The translations under genes were made by a program, and so were the position numbers. This document shows positions 1-11,612 of a stretch of DNA of 64,000 nt, one piece after another (position 1 is the first letter of the stretch; every line of letters begins with the position of its first letter). The DNA lies in contig JBHGNT010000004.1 in the NCBI GenBank assembly GCA_043228905.1, positions 4,898,001 to 4,962,000 of the forward strand, in the 5' to 3' direction. The DNA is from Azolla caroliniana (taxonomy: Eukaryota > Plantae > Polypodiophyta). The notes under the pieces are model-generated. The model ran no database searches, was not told the origin of the DNA, and saw nothing but the letters and a program-made list of their open reading frames with translations.

Positions 1-1410
1 GTGATGGATGTCTAGCCGCCAACGAAACAGAGAACCGACTCGATCATGGACCAGGTCCTTCACTCGAAAGATAGAAGAACGCGCTATGCAGAAACCACGC
101 CTTAGTGACCACGTCCCATCTTCCCTGGGGTATACAGTCGAATCCACGCTCACCGAACAAAGCTGAACCGGGCAGGAGTTTCGATCTACATTGGATCAAC
201 AGAGTGACACTGCTTCTCACAAAAGCCCACACCGCGGTAGTAGTAACCTCTGAAACACTACTGTAGCAACTGGAATGACTTTTTCATACCCTCATTTCAG
301 TGGTGATATCGATGCCGAGGGCCACATTTGGTCGTTTCTCAATGTTTGGAACGCTAACCATATGCCACAATGACTTTCGGAGGCAGACGCCCACGCCTCG
401 AAGATTGCCGAGTTTGGGTTAACTTTGGATGGGCGAGCTGCCCACTGGCATTCGCAGCTCGACATCACGCCGTTCACTTCGTTCAATAAGCTCCAATCGT
501 CATTCCAACGATTCTTCCATCGAAGTATTCCCCAACGTGAGATTATTGGGCAGTTCTACACAATAACGCAGCTACAACAAGAGTCTGTGGCAGATTTCAA
601 CTTGCGATTCTAGAGTTTACGTCGACAACTGACACGCACTCTGACGGAGGATGAGGCCAAAGAAACATTGTTGGCAGCATTACGTTGACCAATCTGAACA
701 ACACTGAATGCGCAAAATCTCACGGGCCAAACGGTGGACGCAGTCATAGAACGAGCACTACAACTTGAGATGGAAGAAGAGGACGATGGATTGTCTATGT
801 CATCGTTATGACACGCGCTACCCAAGGACGAAGACTACTGGTTTCGCCAAGCCATCCAATGCACAATCTGCTTGAACTCAGGACACTCCGCGTTGGAGTG
901 TATCATGCGGATACATTGTCCCATTTGTCATTCACAAGCGCATACGGTGGATCAATGCGAATATAATATGCTGAATATGCCCACAACGACAGTATCGCTG
1001 TAATGACCAAGGCCGTCAGGAGGAGCGTTACCGTAATACGGAACGGAGCCAGTGTGTGGAAAGGCTATACTGTCACCGCCGCAACAACGATCCTTATTCT
1101 GATGAAGAAGAGCAGGAAGAAGAGGAGTATCGGAGCAAGGATTGTTACAATCGGGGGAGGCATCACTATGATAATCGACGCCCTACCAACAATTGCGACG
1201 GACTTGCCGGGACCTGTCCAAATGGCAGTAATCACCAATCAAGGGACCAACACCGTTAGAGGAAAGTTCTGAGGATGAACAACGCCAAGAGCCGTGTCGG
1301 GAGTATCGCAAGAAGCCCCGCAACCAGAGATGATTTTAGCAAGCACGGGAAGAACAATTGGCACTCGTGGAAACCACCGCAACCTCGGTCATGGAAAAAG
1401 GAGAATCCAG
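1..1410 (+). pseudogene. Decayed Ty3/gypsy-type gag remnant with two CCHC zinc knuckles
   Basis: Broken gag-like frames (425-613 ...RAAHWHSQL...FQRFFHR...QQESVADFNLRF); knuckles CTICLNSGHSALEC (~859-900) and CPICHSQAHTVDQC (~917-958); several stops. Confidence 0.6.
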
Positions 1411-2049
1411 TGTATATAAATTTTATTTTGTATTTTCAAAATTATTAAATTTTTTTTTATTTATTAAAAAATAAAAATAAAAATATGTTTTTAGACATGG
1501 TGCTTATTATAGAACCAAGCTTGTGCCTATTTTGGACATTGTTTGTGTTACTTAGCCTTGAGCAAAATGTCCTCAAAGTCGAATGAAAATTCTTTGTTTT
1601 CTATTGAGCCTTATTCTCAATCGAGGAATATAGCCATGTTAATAATAAAACGTGCCATGTTAAGACCAACGATGATCAAGAGCAAAGCTCGACGTCAATT
1701 TTTTCTATAGAGCCATTAAACTTAGGTAAAATAAGATATATTAAACTAGATACAACTCATGTCGAGTCTAGTTTATCGAATGTTAACGAAGACTGTGTCA
1801 ATAAGCCCCTAATTTTTCCCCTCGACAAGTGAGTGTTAAATAATATAATTTTTTGTGTTCGGATTGACAAATTTCAATTGACATATGCAAGGTATGTTGT
1901 GGGAGCCTTTGTCTATCAATAATTGGAAAGGCAAACTTGCGGGGGTTGTGACAAAAGTATTTGTCTCTCAATGGCGATGAACAAGATATATTCTTGATTG
2001 CCAATATGCAACTTGTTAAGGACCATCTGGTAGTGTCATGTTCTCAGTA

Positions 2050-3860
2050 GGTGGAATATTACCTTTCACTTACAAGTTACTACGAAGAGTTGTCAAGTTG
2101 CTTTTAAAATTGCTTATAGCATCGAGAACATAAGGCTACAGAGAATTCAACATCGATTACTGAAGGGGTGGTGGGTGCCTTTCAACAATAGAGAATTTTC
2201 ATGTAAGGGCTTGATTGGGTGACATGTTGTTAGATGGATGGAGATTTATTTCTCGAAGCAATGTGATGTTATGCCCACCACTGGAAGGTTACTTCACTCG
2301 TCGTGGGGTATACCAAAGCTATAAGGATGACATGTTATTGGAAAGTGTACCTTATATACAATATCAACATTTTTAATCGTTGTCAGATAACTTCACTCGT
2401 CGTGGGGTATACCAAGGCTATAAGGATGACATGTTATTGGAAAGTGTACCTTATATACAATATCAACATTTTTAATCGTTGTCAGATAAGTTCACTCGTC
2501 GTGGGGTATACCAAGGCTATAAGGATGACATGTTATTGGAAAGTGTACCTTATATACAATATCAACATTTTTAATCGTTTATGGAGATCAAAGTTTAACA
2601 ATGTGGTCATACCTCGCAAGGTTCGGATGGTTGTTTGTTCGATCTGCGCGAGTTTAAAAAGCTTGGCAAAGAGTGGGACAACAGATGAAGAAATAACAAA
2701 ATATAAGACTTTATTGAGAGGAAAGCCAAGCGTTGGGAAGATCTAAAGCTATGCACCATCGTCAAAAAGTGCTTCAATCACCAGAAAGATACACGTGCTT
2801 GATTATAGATGGGATGGATCAGAAGAAAACTTGTTTGCCACATTTTCGAAGATTGCCCAAGGATATTGGAGATGAATGCCTAGTGCAGATGCACTTAGTA
2901 GGATGTCTTTTGTATTGTCAGACAATAAGGCCTCAAGTGTTCTTAACTTATCCAAATATCCACAACGACCCCAATCTTACACTTACAGTCATGCAAAGAG
3001 TTCTAATGAGTTGGCAAGGTTTACTCCCACCAGTACTATACGTGCAACTTGACAACACGGCGAGAGGAAACAAAACTCAACTGTGTTTGGTTACTTGAGC
3101 ACGTTAGTAGACAAGGGTATTTTCAAAAAGATTAAGGTCAACTTCTTGCTAGTTGGTCATACACATGATCACATAGAAAAAATGTTAAGTAGGTTCTCCA
3201 AGAAATTAGCGAGGTACGATGCTTTCACACTTCTTGTGCTATCAAGGTTGATCATTGAAGCTTATATCCCAAGCCAGATGTACAACATTTAGATGAAGTA
3301 TATGATTTCAAGCGCTTCTGTTTGGATGGTGATGGGACTGGATGTAGGGTTCTTGCTCCGCTTAATAATATAAGTTTTAACCACGTCTTCGTCCAAAAAA
3401 GTGTGGTCGGTCACAAACAAACCATGTTGTATGCCAAACAATACTCATCTAGTTCGCAATGGGAGCCACAAGATGTATGTAGGCTCTTATTGCATTTCCC
3501 AAATGCAATAATCTATGGTCTTCATAGAACATTTGTAATAATCTATGGTGCAATAATCATAGGGTTGTTGGTAGTTCAATTGAAGAGCAAAATATATATT
3601 GGATGCGGTGCATTGAAGAAAAACAGAAAAATATTGAGTGAACCAAAAAGTACGATGGTGATCAGGATGTGGATTGGTGGGATGTCTTCTTTAATCATCA
3701 ACATACAATATTAGATAACCACTTTATAGGGTACTGGCCACTACAAAATCAATTCGAATGGGCGCTTGGTGGCCCATCAATGGAAACTGCATGACTCCTT
3801 TACAACCACTAGATAATCTTGAATTGAATACTCTAGTTTGTCCATGACAAAGAGATATTT
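2050..3860 (+). pseudogene. Decayed Sola-like (probably Sola1/DUF7869-type) DDD transposase, 5' part
   Basis: Motifs IIDGMDQKKTCLPHF, LYVQLDNTARGNK, FLLVGHTHDHI in ORFs 2733-3098 and 3083-3292; frameshifts; interrupted at 3860 by the next element. Confidence 0.6.
2293..2580 (+). repeat. 99-bp tandem repeat, about 3 copies
   Basis: TTCACTCGTCGTGGGGTATACCAA recurs at 2293, 2392 and 2491. Confidence 0.95.
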
Positions 3861-4200
3861 GGGTCGAAGCATGCTACGGTGTACCAACTTTTGGCCAAAA
3901 ATTTAGTACTAAATCGAAGAAGAAAATAAACATTAAAAATTGTAAATAAGTTTCAAAAAACAAAAAACAAATTCATTACGTCACACTCGAATGCACAAAG
4001 ATATTGTACGTCACACTCGAAATGTCCCTAGGCCATATTTAATACATTAATTGTTGCCCCAGTCTCCTAGGTAGAGTTGTACGAAAGCACACCTGGAGAA
4101 GGTATCCATTGTGACAGTTGGTCAGTCTCAGTATCTCTCTCTCTCTCTCTCTCTGGTATGGGTAGTCGAACGTGTCAATTGGTATGTCTCTCTCTCTCAC

Positions 4201-4262
<62 letters not shown>

Positions 4263-4553
4263 GTCTCGAAGTTGTCAGACAGACAGTGGCAGAAAGTTAA
4301 AGAAAGACGACATATATATTACAGGTCTATCTCTCTGTTTCTTTCTTTCACTCCACCTTCGATTCTTTCTGTTTTTTTCTTTCAAAGCTCTGTTTCTTTC
4401 TTTCTTTCTGTTTCTCTCTCTCACTCCACCTTCGATGCTCTGTTTCCCCGCGTAGCTGTTCTTGTGTTCCCCTCTGTGCCAGGTTCGATCTCTGAACGCA
4501 GAGATTTTTGTTTCCCCTGCTCGTTGTATGTGTTGTTGATTTTCCTTCCTTGT

Positions 4554-4845
4554 GTATGCTCGTTTGTTTCCTCTGTCTATGCTCGTTTGTCTCCTCTGCA
4601 GCAACCTCGTTTGTCGAAATCAACACGGTCTGGTACCTCTGCAAGTTGTACAACCTCCAGGTATTCTCTGTGTTGCATGCCCAATACTCAATGTTTTCTT
4701 TTTCTGAATGTTTCCTGTCTGTCTGTATGCTCGTTTGTTTCCTCTGTCTATGCTCGTTTGTCTCCTCTGCAGCAGCCTCGTTTGTCGAAATCAACACGGT
4801 CTGGTACCTCTGCAAGTTGTACAACCTCCAGGTATTCTCTGTGTT
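4554..4845 (+). repeat. Direct repeat of about 120 bp at 171-bp spacing, downstream of (CT)n microsatellites at 4134-4260
   Basis: GTATGCTCGTTTGTTTCCTCTG...GGTATTCTCTGTGTT at 4554 and 4725. Confidence 0.9.
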
Positions 4846-5194
4846 TTTGTTTTCTCTGTGTTTCTCTGTGTTCCTTTTAAAAATGTATGAAAATATTTTG
4901 ATCGAGGTGGTTGTGTGTTAGACATGTTTGTACATGCAACGTAAATGGAGTTGGCTATGATGAGTTGCTATGTTTTCGTTTTGTTCTTGTTTCTTGTCCA
5001 TCTGTTTTATTTTGTGTGAGTTTGACATGGATGAGTGTTTTTCCGACTATTTTGGGTTTTTGTGTGTTTGACATGGCTTGTACGTGGGATGTGATGGAGT
5101 TGGCTATGATGATTTACAATGTTTTCGTTGGCTTGTGATGGAGTTGGCTTGTGTGTTTTACGATGTGATGGAGTTGGCTTGTACATGCGATGCG

Positions 5195-5303
5195 ATGATT
5201 TACAATGATTTACAATGATGGAGTTGGCTATGATGATTTACAATGATGGAGTTGGCTATGATGATTTACAATGATGGAGTTGGCTATGATGATTTACAAT
5301 GGA
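5195..5303 (+). repeat. 28-bp tandem repeat
   Basis: GATGGAGTTGGCTATGATGATTTACAAT at 5217, 5245 and 5273. Confidence 0.9.
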
Positions 5304-5449
5304 GTTTTTTTCCGACTATTTAGGGTTATTGTGTGTTTGACATGGTTTGTACATGCAATGAGATGATTTGCTATGTGTTGATGGTAATTGCTTGAGTTTT
5401 CTTCTAGTACATGCATATTCATTCCCTGAGAATTGTGTTGACTAGGACA

Positions 5450-8400
5450 ATGACGAGAAGGACACCCATAAAGAAGACATTGATGAAAGAGAAAGTGAAG
5501 ACACCAGTGAAGGAAGGAAGAAGGACACCCATGAAAGAAAGCAAGAAGACACCCACAAGAGAAAGGGTGATGAATTCATCAACACAGAGAAAGAAGATGT
5601 ACCACTCCATCAGTCGAGACACACCTCTTGGATGGAATTATTTCCTTCGAGCACGACCTGACGTGTATCCAGAGCTGAGAGAGTGGTTGTTGAAAACCTG
5701 GGGGTCAGCACATCCCGACACAAGGCGAGGATTCCACATAAGTGGTTTGAAGAGGGAATACATGAATTTATTGAAGACGAGATACGAACATGTTTATGAT
5801 ACAAATCAAATCACTAACAATGAGGTGGGTACTGTTTTTGCACGTGCTTTTGCATGTGAAGTTCAAGGTGGCATTGACGTAAATTGGGAAGATTTTAATC
5901 GGCACCGGTCAGAACATTACAAAGGGTCCTCCAGTACCAACACTGGCTTGAAGTCATCTGGAACCTCTCATGTGGATATTCTAGCTATAACACCTATCCA
6001 CCAAGTTCTAGAGGCAAAGGTACGGGCCACAATGACTGAAAAGCATGAACAGATGATGGCCGGTTGCATAGCTTCTATGAGCTCAAGAATACAAACACTA
6101 CTTGCTGATTTGGAAGCAGTTAAATCAGCTGAGATATAGGCAGAAAAGAAATTTTCTTCAATAAAAACTACATATGAATGGATTGCATCGACAATCCAAA
6201 ATTCAGAAAGTGAGGTCTTGAAAGAGGAGTTGAAGAAAGAGCTAAACAATATGGGCACTCAATTAGGTTCACAGATGAGAGACCTTGATACTTGCAGGAA
6301 TGCACATGAAGAAATAGATAATAAGTTGTCAGCCTTAAAGTTGCATTCTGAGAACCTTGCATGCTTGATGCAGGATTTAAAACAAAATGGTTTTGATACT
6401 TTGTGTCCATCTGTAATTGAGCACCCAAGTGGTATAGAAAGTACCATTATTAGTATAGCTATATCACGGTATTGGCTTTAAAAGTTATTTATTTCTACTT
6501 CTTTGGTATAAATAAGTGAGCAACTAATATATTATAACTTGTGTTTGCAATCTTCCAGGTGTATATTTTGTGGCCTTGGATTCAAGCTGGAGGCTATGGA
6601 TGTTGTGATTACACCATGCTTGCACACATATCATGTGCTATGTGCTAAGTATCATTTTGAGAAAGAGAATACATGTATGGACTGTAAAACTACAATTGCG
6701 GCTGAGTGGTACTATGCTTGGGGTTTAAAAGTACACCCGTACGGTATGTGGCTCTACTATTCTATTGTTTGTATTATATGATGTCAATTAACATTTGGAC
6801 TAGAACTAGTGTATGCTACAATTCATACTTCAAATTTAGTGTAATCTCTAACAACTATTATGTGGAACCCTAATTATGTGGGTTAGTATTGGCAGTACTC
6901 TTAATATATAATTGGTATGTGTAGTTGAAGGGATATTTTCCACAATTAGTAGTACTAAAAGGGAACCAGGTACAACATCGTCCAATCTATATTGCAACTT
7001 GCCTAGTATTAGTTTAGTAAACACTATACTTATAGTACACTGTTGTCTGTTAACATTGTTTGTGTAACTTGGGAATTAGTACTAGTAATGTAATTTGGGA
7101 ACAAGGTGTATAGTAAATTGTTGAATAATAGTACAATTATTGTAATTTGGAAATGAGGTGTGTCAAACACATATCACGTTTAGTACTAATACTGTTCAAG
7201 ATTAATACTGTTGGTGTAATTAGTACAAGTTATGTAACTAGGTGTGTAGAAGACATATAATGTTTAGTATTACTTGTGTGCAAAATACCAATCTACATTT
7301 GTTGGATTAGTACTTAGTAAGTACTACATGCTTCATGAATAGTACTAGTTCTGTACTTTGTGAACTAAGTTACTAGTACATTGCTCATGATTAATACTAG
7401 TTTTGTAATTTGGGAACTGAGTAGTACTTTGTTCCTTATTAGTACTAGTTTTGTACCTTATTAGTACTAGATCAGTAATCTAGAAAATAAGTGAGTAGTA
7501 CATTTTGTAGGATTAGTACTAATTGTGTAATTTGACTAAGTCAGTGGTACATTGTTGAGTAGTACATTGTTCAGGATTAGTACTAATTGTGTAATTTGAC
7601 TAAGTCAGTGGTACAATGTTCGGGATTAGTACTCCTTGTGTAATTTGCTAACTAAGTGAGTAGTATATTGTGCATGATTAGTACTACTTGTGTAAATTGG
7701 GAACTAAGTGAGCAGTACATTGTTCGGGATTAGTACTCCTTGTGTAATTTGGTAACTAAGTGAGTAGTATATTGTGCATGATTAGTATTACTTGTGTAAA
7801 TTGGGAACTAAGTGAGCAGTACATTGTTCGGGATTAGTACTCCTTGTGTAATTTGGTAACTAAGTGAGTAGTATATTGTGCATGATTAGTATTACTTGTG
7901 TAAATTGGGAACTAAGTGAGCAGTACATTGTTCGGGATTAGTACTCCTTGTGTAATTTGCTAACTAAGTGAGTAGTATATTGTGCATGATTAGTACTACT
8001 TGTGTAAATTGGGAACTAAGTGAGCATTACGTTGTTCGGGATTAGTACTCCTTGTGTAATTAGGTAACTAAGTGAGTAGTATATTGTGCATGATTAGTAC
8101 TACTTGTGTAAATTGGGAACTAAGTGAGCAGTACATTGTTCGGGATTAGTACTCCTTGTGTAATTTGCTAACTAAGTGAGTAGTATATTGTGCATGATTA
8201 GTACTACTTGTGTAAATTGGGAACTAAGTGAGCATTACGTTGTTCGGCATTAGTACTCCTTGTGTAATTTGCTAACTAAGTGAGTAGTATATTGTGCATG
8301 ATTAGTACTACTTGTGTAAATTGGGAACTAAGTGAGCATTACGTTGTTCGGGATTAGTACTAGTTCAGTGATTTAGGAAATAAGTGAGTAGTACATTGTT

Positions 8401-10498
8401 CAAGATTAGTACTACTTATTAATTTGACTTAGTCAGTGGTACATTTTTCGGGATTAGTACTTGTGTAATTTGGTAACTAAGTGAGTAGTATATTGTGCCT
8501 GATTAGTACTACTTGTGTATGTTGTGCATGATTAGTACTAATCGTGTAAATTGGGAACTAAGTGAGCAGTACAGTGTTCCTTATTAGTACTAGTTCAATA
8601 ATTTAGGAACTATGTGAGTAGTACATTGTTCATGACTGGTACATTGTGTAAAATGGGAAGCAGCTCTTGTGACCTACATTATATATTTTAGATGATGGTA
8701 CTAACATTCAAGGTTTTTTTGTTTCTTGCAATGAATGTTGTAGTGTCAAGCAACTCCACGCCAGGGAAGGTAATGGAACAACCAGCCCCTGTGCCTAAAC
8801 CCTCAATATCTGCTGCACATTCCAAGGTTCAGGGACCATCATTACCAATAACCTATGATTTTTATGATGAGGATGAATGTATGAGAAGGGCCATTGGAGC
8901 ATTCCCCAAGCTCCGGTCAACATCAAGAAATAGAGCCCACTAAGAAGAGAAATGCAGTTTCTTTACAAATAGAGCCCAGTAAGAAGAGAAATGCTGCAAG
9001 AATGTTGTATGGAAACGGCAAGAAAGGCAAAGTTGAATGCAATGGTGAGTCATATAAGTTCTCACCTGTCTGGAGCATTGTCAACCTAATCCATTGTCTA
9101 ATACCATGTACTTGTGTTACTAGCTGATGATGAAATGATATTTGGTGACGGAGATACGAGTCCAAAACCTGATCATGAAGACGAATTTATCACACTCCCA
9201 GGTACACGTCAAAAGCCAGACTTTGAAAACAATGATTTAGCTCATAACAACCCTATTCTTGTTGTTATTATAGATCATAACAACACTGTTGAGCACCTAG
9301 ATGTTGTGGAGAAGATGACCGAGCCCACCACTTGCAATGGGGTATCTACGGCTGTACAGTATGACGATGTAACATTAGGTAAAAATGTGGCCCTAAACCC
9401 TATGTTCATTGTTTGCAAACTTTTGAGTATTTGAGTTCATACCAATATTCTTTGGAATCCCACTAATTAGGTTTACAAGAGCAGTCTGATTCCCAACTGC
9501 AATCAAATGAATCGGGAACTTCATGGAGCACAAGTGCAGAATCAGATTCCCATCAGAGTCAGAATCAAATTAACCTTTGCAAGGAGGCAGACTCTAGAAG
9601 CACATCTTCCACACATGAGGATTGTGAGAAAAACGAAGCATTCATATGTGAAGAGCAGCTGGCATGTACAAACAACACTATGTCTAAAGAAGCCTATGAG
9701 TGTGGAAAGAATATGGCAAGTACTGAAGAGAAGATTGAAGCCCATGAAGAGTGTGGAAAGAATATGGCAAGTACTGAAGAGAAGACTGATTGTACTGATA
9801 ATGTGGCAAGTGCTGAAGAGAAGACTGATTGTACTGATAATGTGCTAGTACTATCTAAAGATTCCCATGAGGATCATGGAAAGAACATTGCTAGCAATGA
9901 AGAGGAGCTTGATTGTACTGAGAATGTGCTAGTAGTGTCTTGTGAAGCCCATGAGGATCGTGGAAAGAACATCGCTTTCCCTGAAGATAAGCCTGATTGT
10001 ACAAAATCCCATGAGGAGTGTAGAGTGAACAACGTTACTAATGAAGGTGGGCCTGATTGTACTCAGAGCGAACAACGTTGTCTTAAGAATGAGGTGACAT
10101 CCATCGTACAAGAGGAGTTGACCATGACTACTGCCACGGTCCACATACAGGAGTCTAATAAGAACGAGTGTATAGGCATCGGTGATGATGATAGGGCAAT
10201 AAAGATCGCTAGGAGTACAAGCATTCAGGAGATGAGTGATAATTTGTCTATCGACAGCACCTTTGTGGATTTGTGTACAAGCATTGCAGTTGCAGAAAAC
10301 ATAGTTGCTCTCTCAAGCTTGCCACCAGTACAAGGTGCCCGCGCATCCACGCCTGTCTCTGATGCCTCTGATGATGAAGTGCCACTTAGTCAGCTCATAC
10401 CTAAAGGCTTTAAGATAAAGAAGAATGTAAAATCAGAAAAATCTGGCACCAACAACAAGCGCATTACAAGATCGGCCAAGTTACCCTCTAGTGCCTGA
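5450..10498 (+). pseudogene. Multi-exon accessory gene of Sola2-like copy 1: basic N-terminus, coiled coil, RING-H2 finger, acidic repetitive tail
   Basis: Exon 5450-6468 (one in-frame TAG at 6137), GT-AG intron 6469-6558, RING-H2 exon 6559-6743 (CIFC-x15-CLHTYHVLC-x10-CMDC), intron 6744-8743, phase-compatible exon from 8744; later exons to 10498 less certain; homologous to 46436-53425. Confidence 0.7.
7540..8630 (+). repeat. Intronic minisatellite: 104-bp dimer of two diverged 52-bp monomers, rich in AGTACT
   Basis: GTACATTGTTCGGGATTAGTACTCC at 7715, 7819, 7923 and onward, alternating with GTATATTGTGCATGATTAGTA. Confidence 0.95.
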
Positions 10499-11612
10499 TT
10501 GTCTTTCGATTGTACTTGAACTTTAGTTGTTAGTGATGTCTGAAATTGAACTATTTGGATACCAAAATACTGTTTCAATTGCCAATGTAAAAAATCCAGT
10601 TCATGAATCTGAAATAGTTATACCAGTGTGAAATCAAGTTCATGTTTAAGGATTGCTTCTATATTTTGCTCATCAACATATATCAAAAACAATGGGAATA
10701 TACTTTTTGATCTAAGTATTCTTATTTTACAACGTTTTGTTTCTTTTTTGAGATCATCTCCTAATCCTCGCAAAGTCTTTCAGTCTATTGTAGATAAAAT
10801 GCTTGAAAGTCTTCTTAGCTTGCTAGGAAAATTTAGGTTTTTAGGTGTTGATGATGAGAAACAGAAAATATCGAGTATCGGGTGTTATTGAAGATATCCT
10901 GAAGTATAGACTGTTTCATCAATCCCATTTGGACGGTAACCAGAATGTGTGCAAATTGTTGAAGCAATGTGGGCCATATTTTGATGATATCATCCCAAAG
11001 GATGAATCATCCACTAACAGTAGTAAGGAAACACATACCTTTTTGAGCTATCACAAATTATTGTTTCAGAAGTTGGATTATTTTGTTAAGGAAAGGAAGG
11101 TTTGTACTTTAAAATCCATAGCCTGGATATTCAGGACTTATATACAAGAAGTAAAAACTCAGATGGCTTCACAGGACATATCATGAAACAAAAAAGGATT
11201 CTGAGAGAATAATTTTCATTGTTGTCTTCACAGAATTCATCGCCCCCTTTGAAAAATGAACTTACAGTAGAAAATCTTACAATATTAAAGTCTTTAATGA
11301 ATTCAACTAACAATCTTCTCTTCGTAGCAAAAGAAGAGCAGATTTATGTGCCAACAGAGGACACACCAACTCTGCAAAACTCCTATGCTCAAATAACATC
11401 AGGAAACATGAGCAATATCGGCAATGAAGAAATCCAAGTCCTGTTGATAACAACTAATATATTATGAAAGATAAGTACAAGTGGTTGAGAGGCATAAACC
11501 CTTTGGAAGAAAGACGAAATATATCAATTCATTTGTCAATCATCAAAATTAATAGTGAACTCCAAGTGGATGTTTTTCAGTTTTCTAGTACAATGTATTG
11601 ATAGGGTGACTT

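Noticed and set aside
1480-1545. Possible left terminus of the Sola-like host element
   Set aside because: Shares short motifs with 17225-17340 (TTTTTAGACATG, TTGTGCCT.TTTTGGACA) only in direct orientation; no inverted terminus or TSD could be established
4077-4921. Long ORFs of 109-267 aa
   Set aside because: Produced by (CT)n microsatellites and a direct repeat; low-complexity translations without domain motifs
7540-8630. Possible CRISPR-like array
   Set aside because: Alternating units are themselves repeated with no unique spacers, there are no cas genes, and the context is a eukaryotic intron; it is a minisatellite
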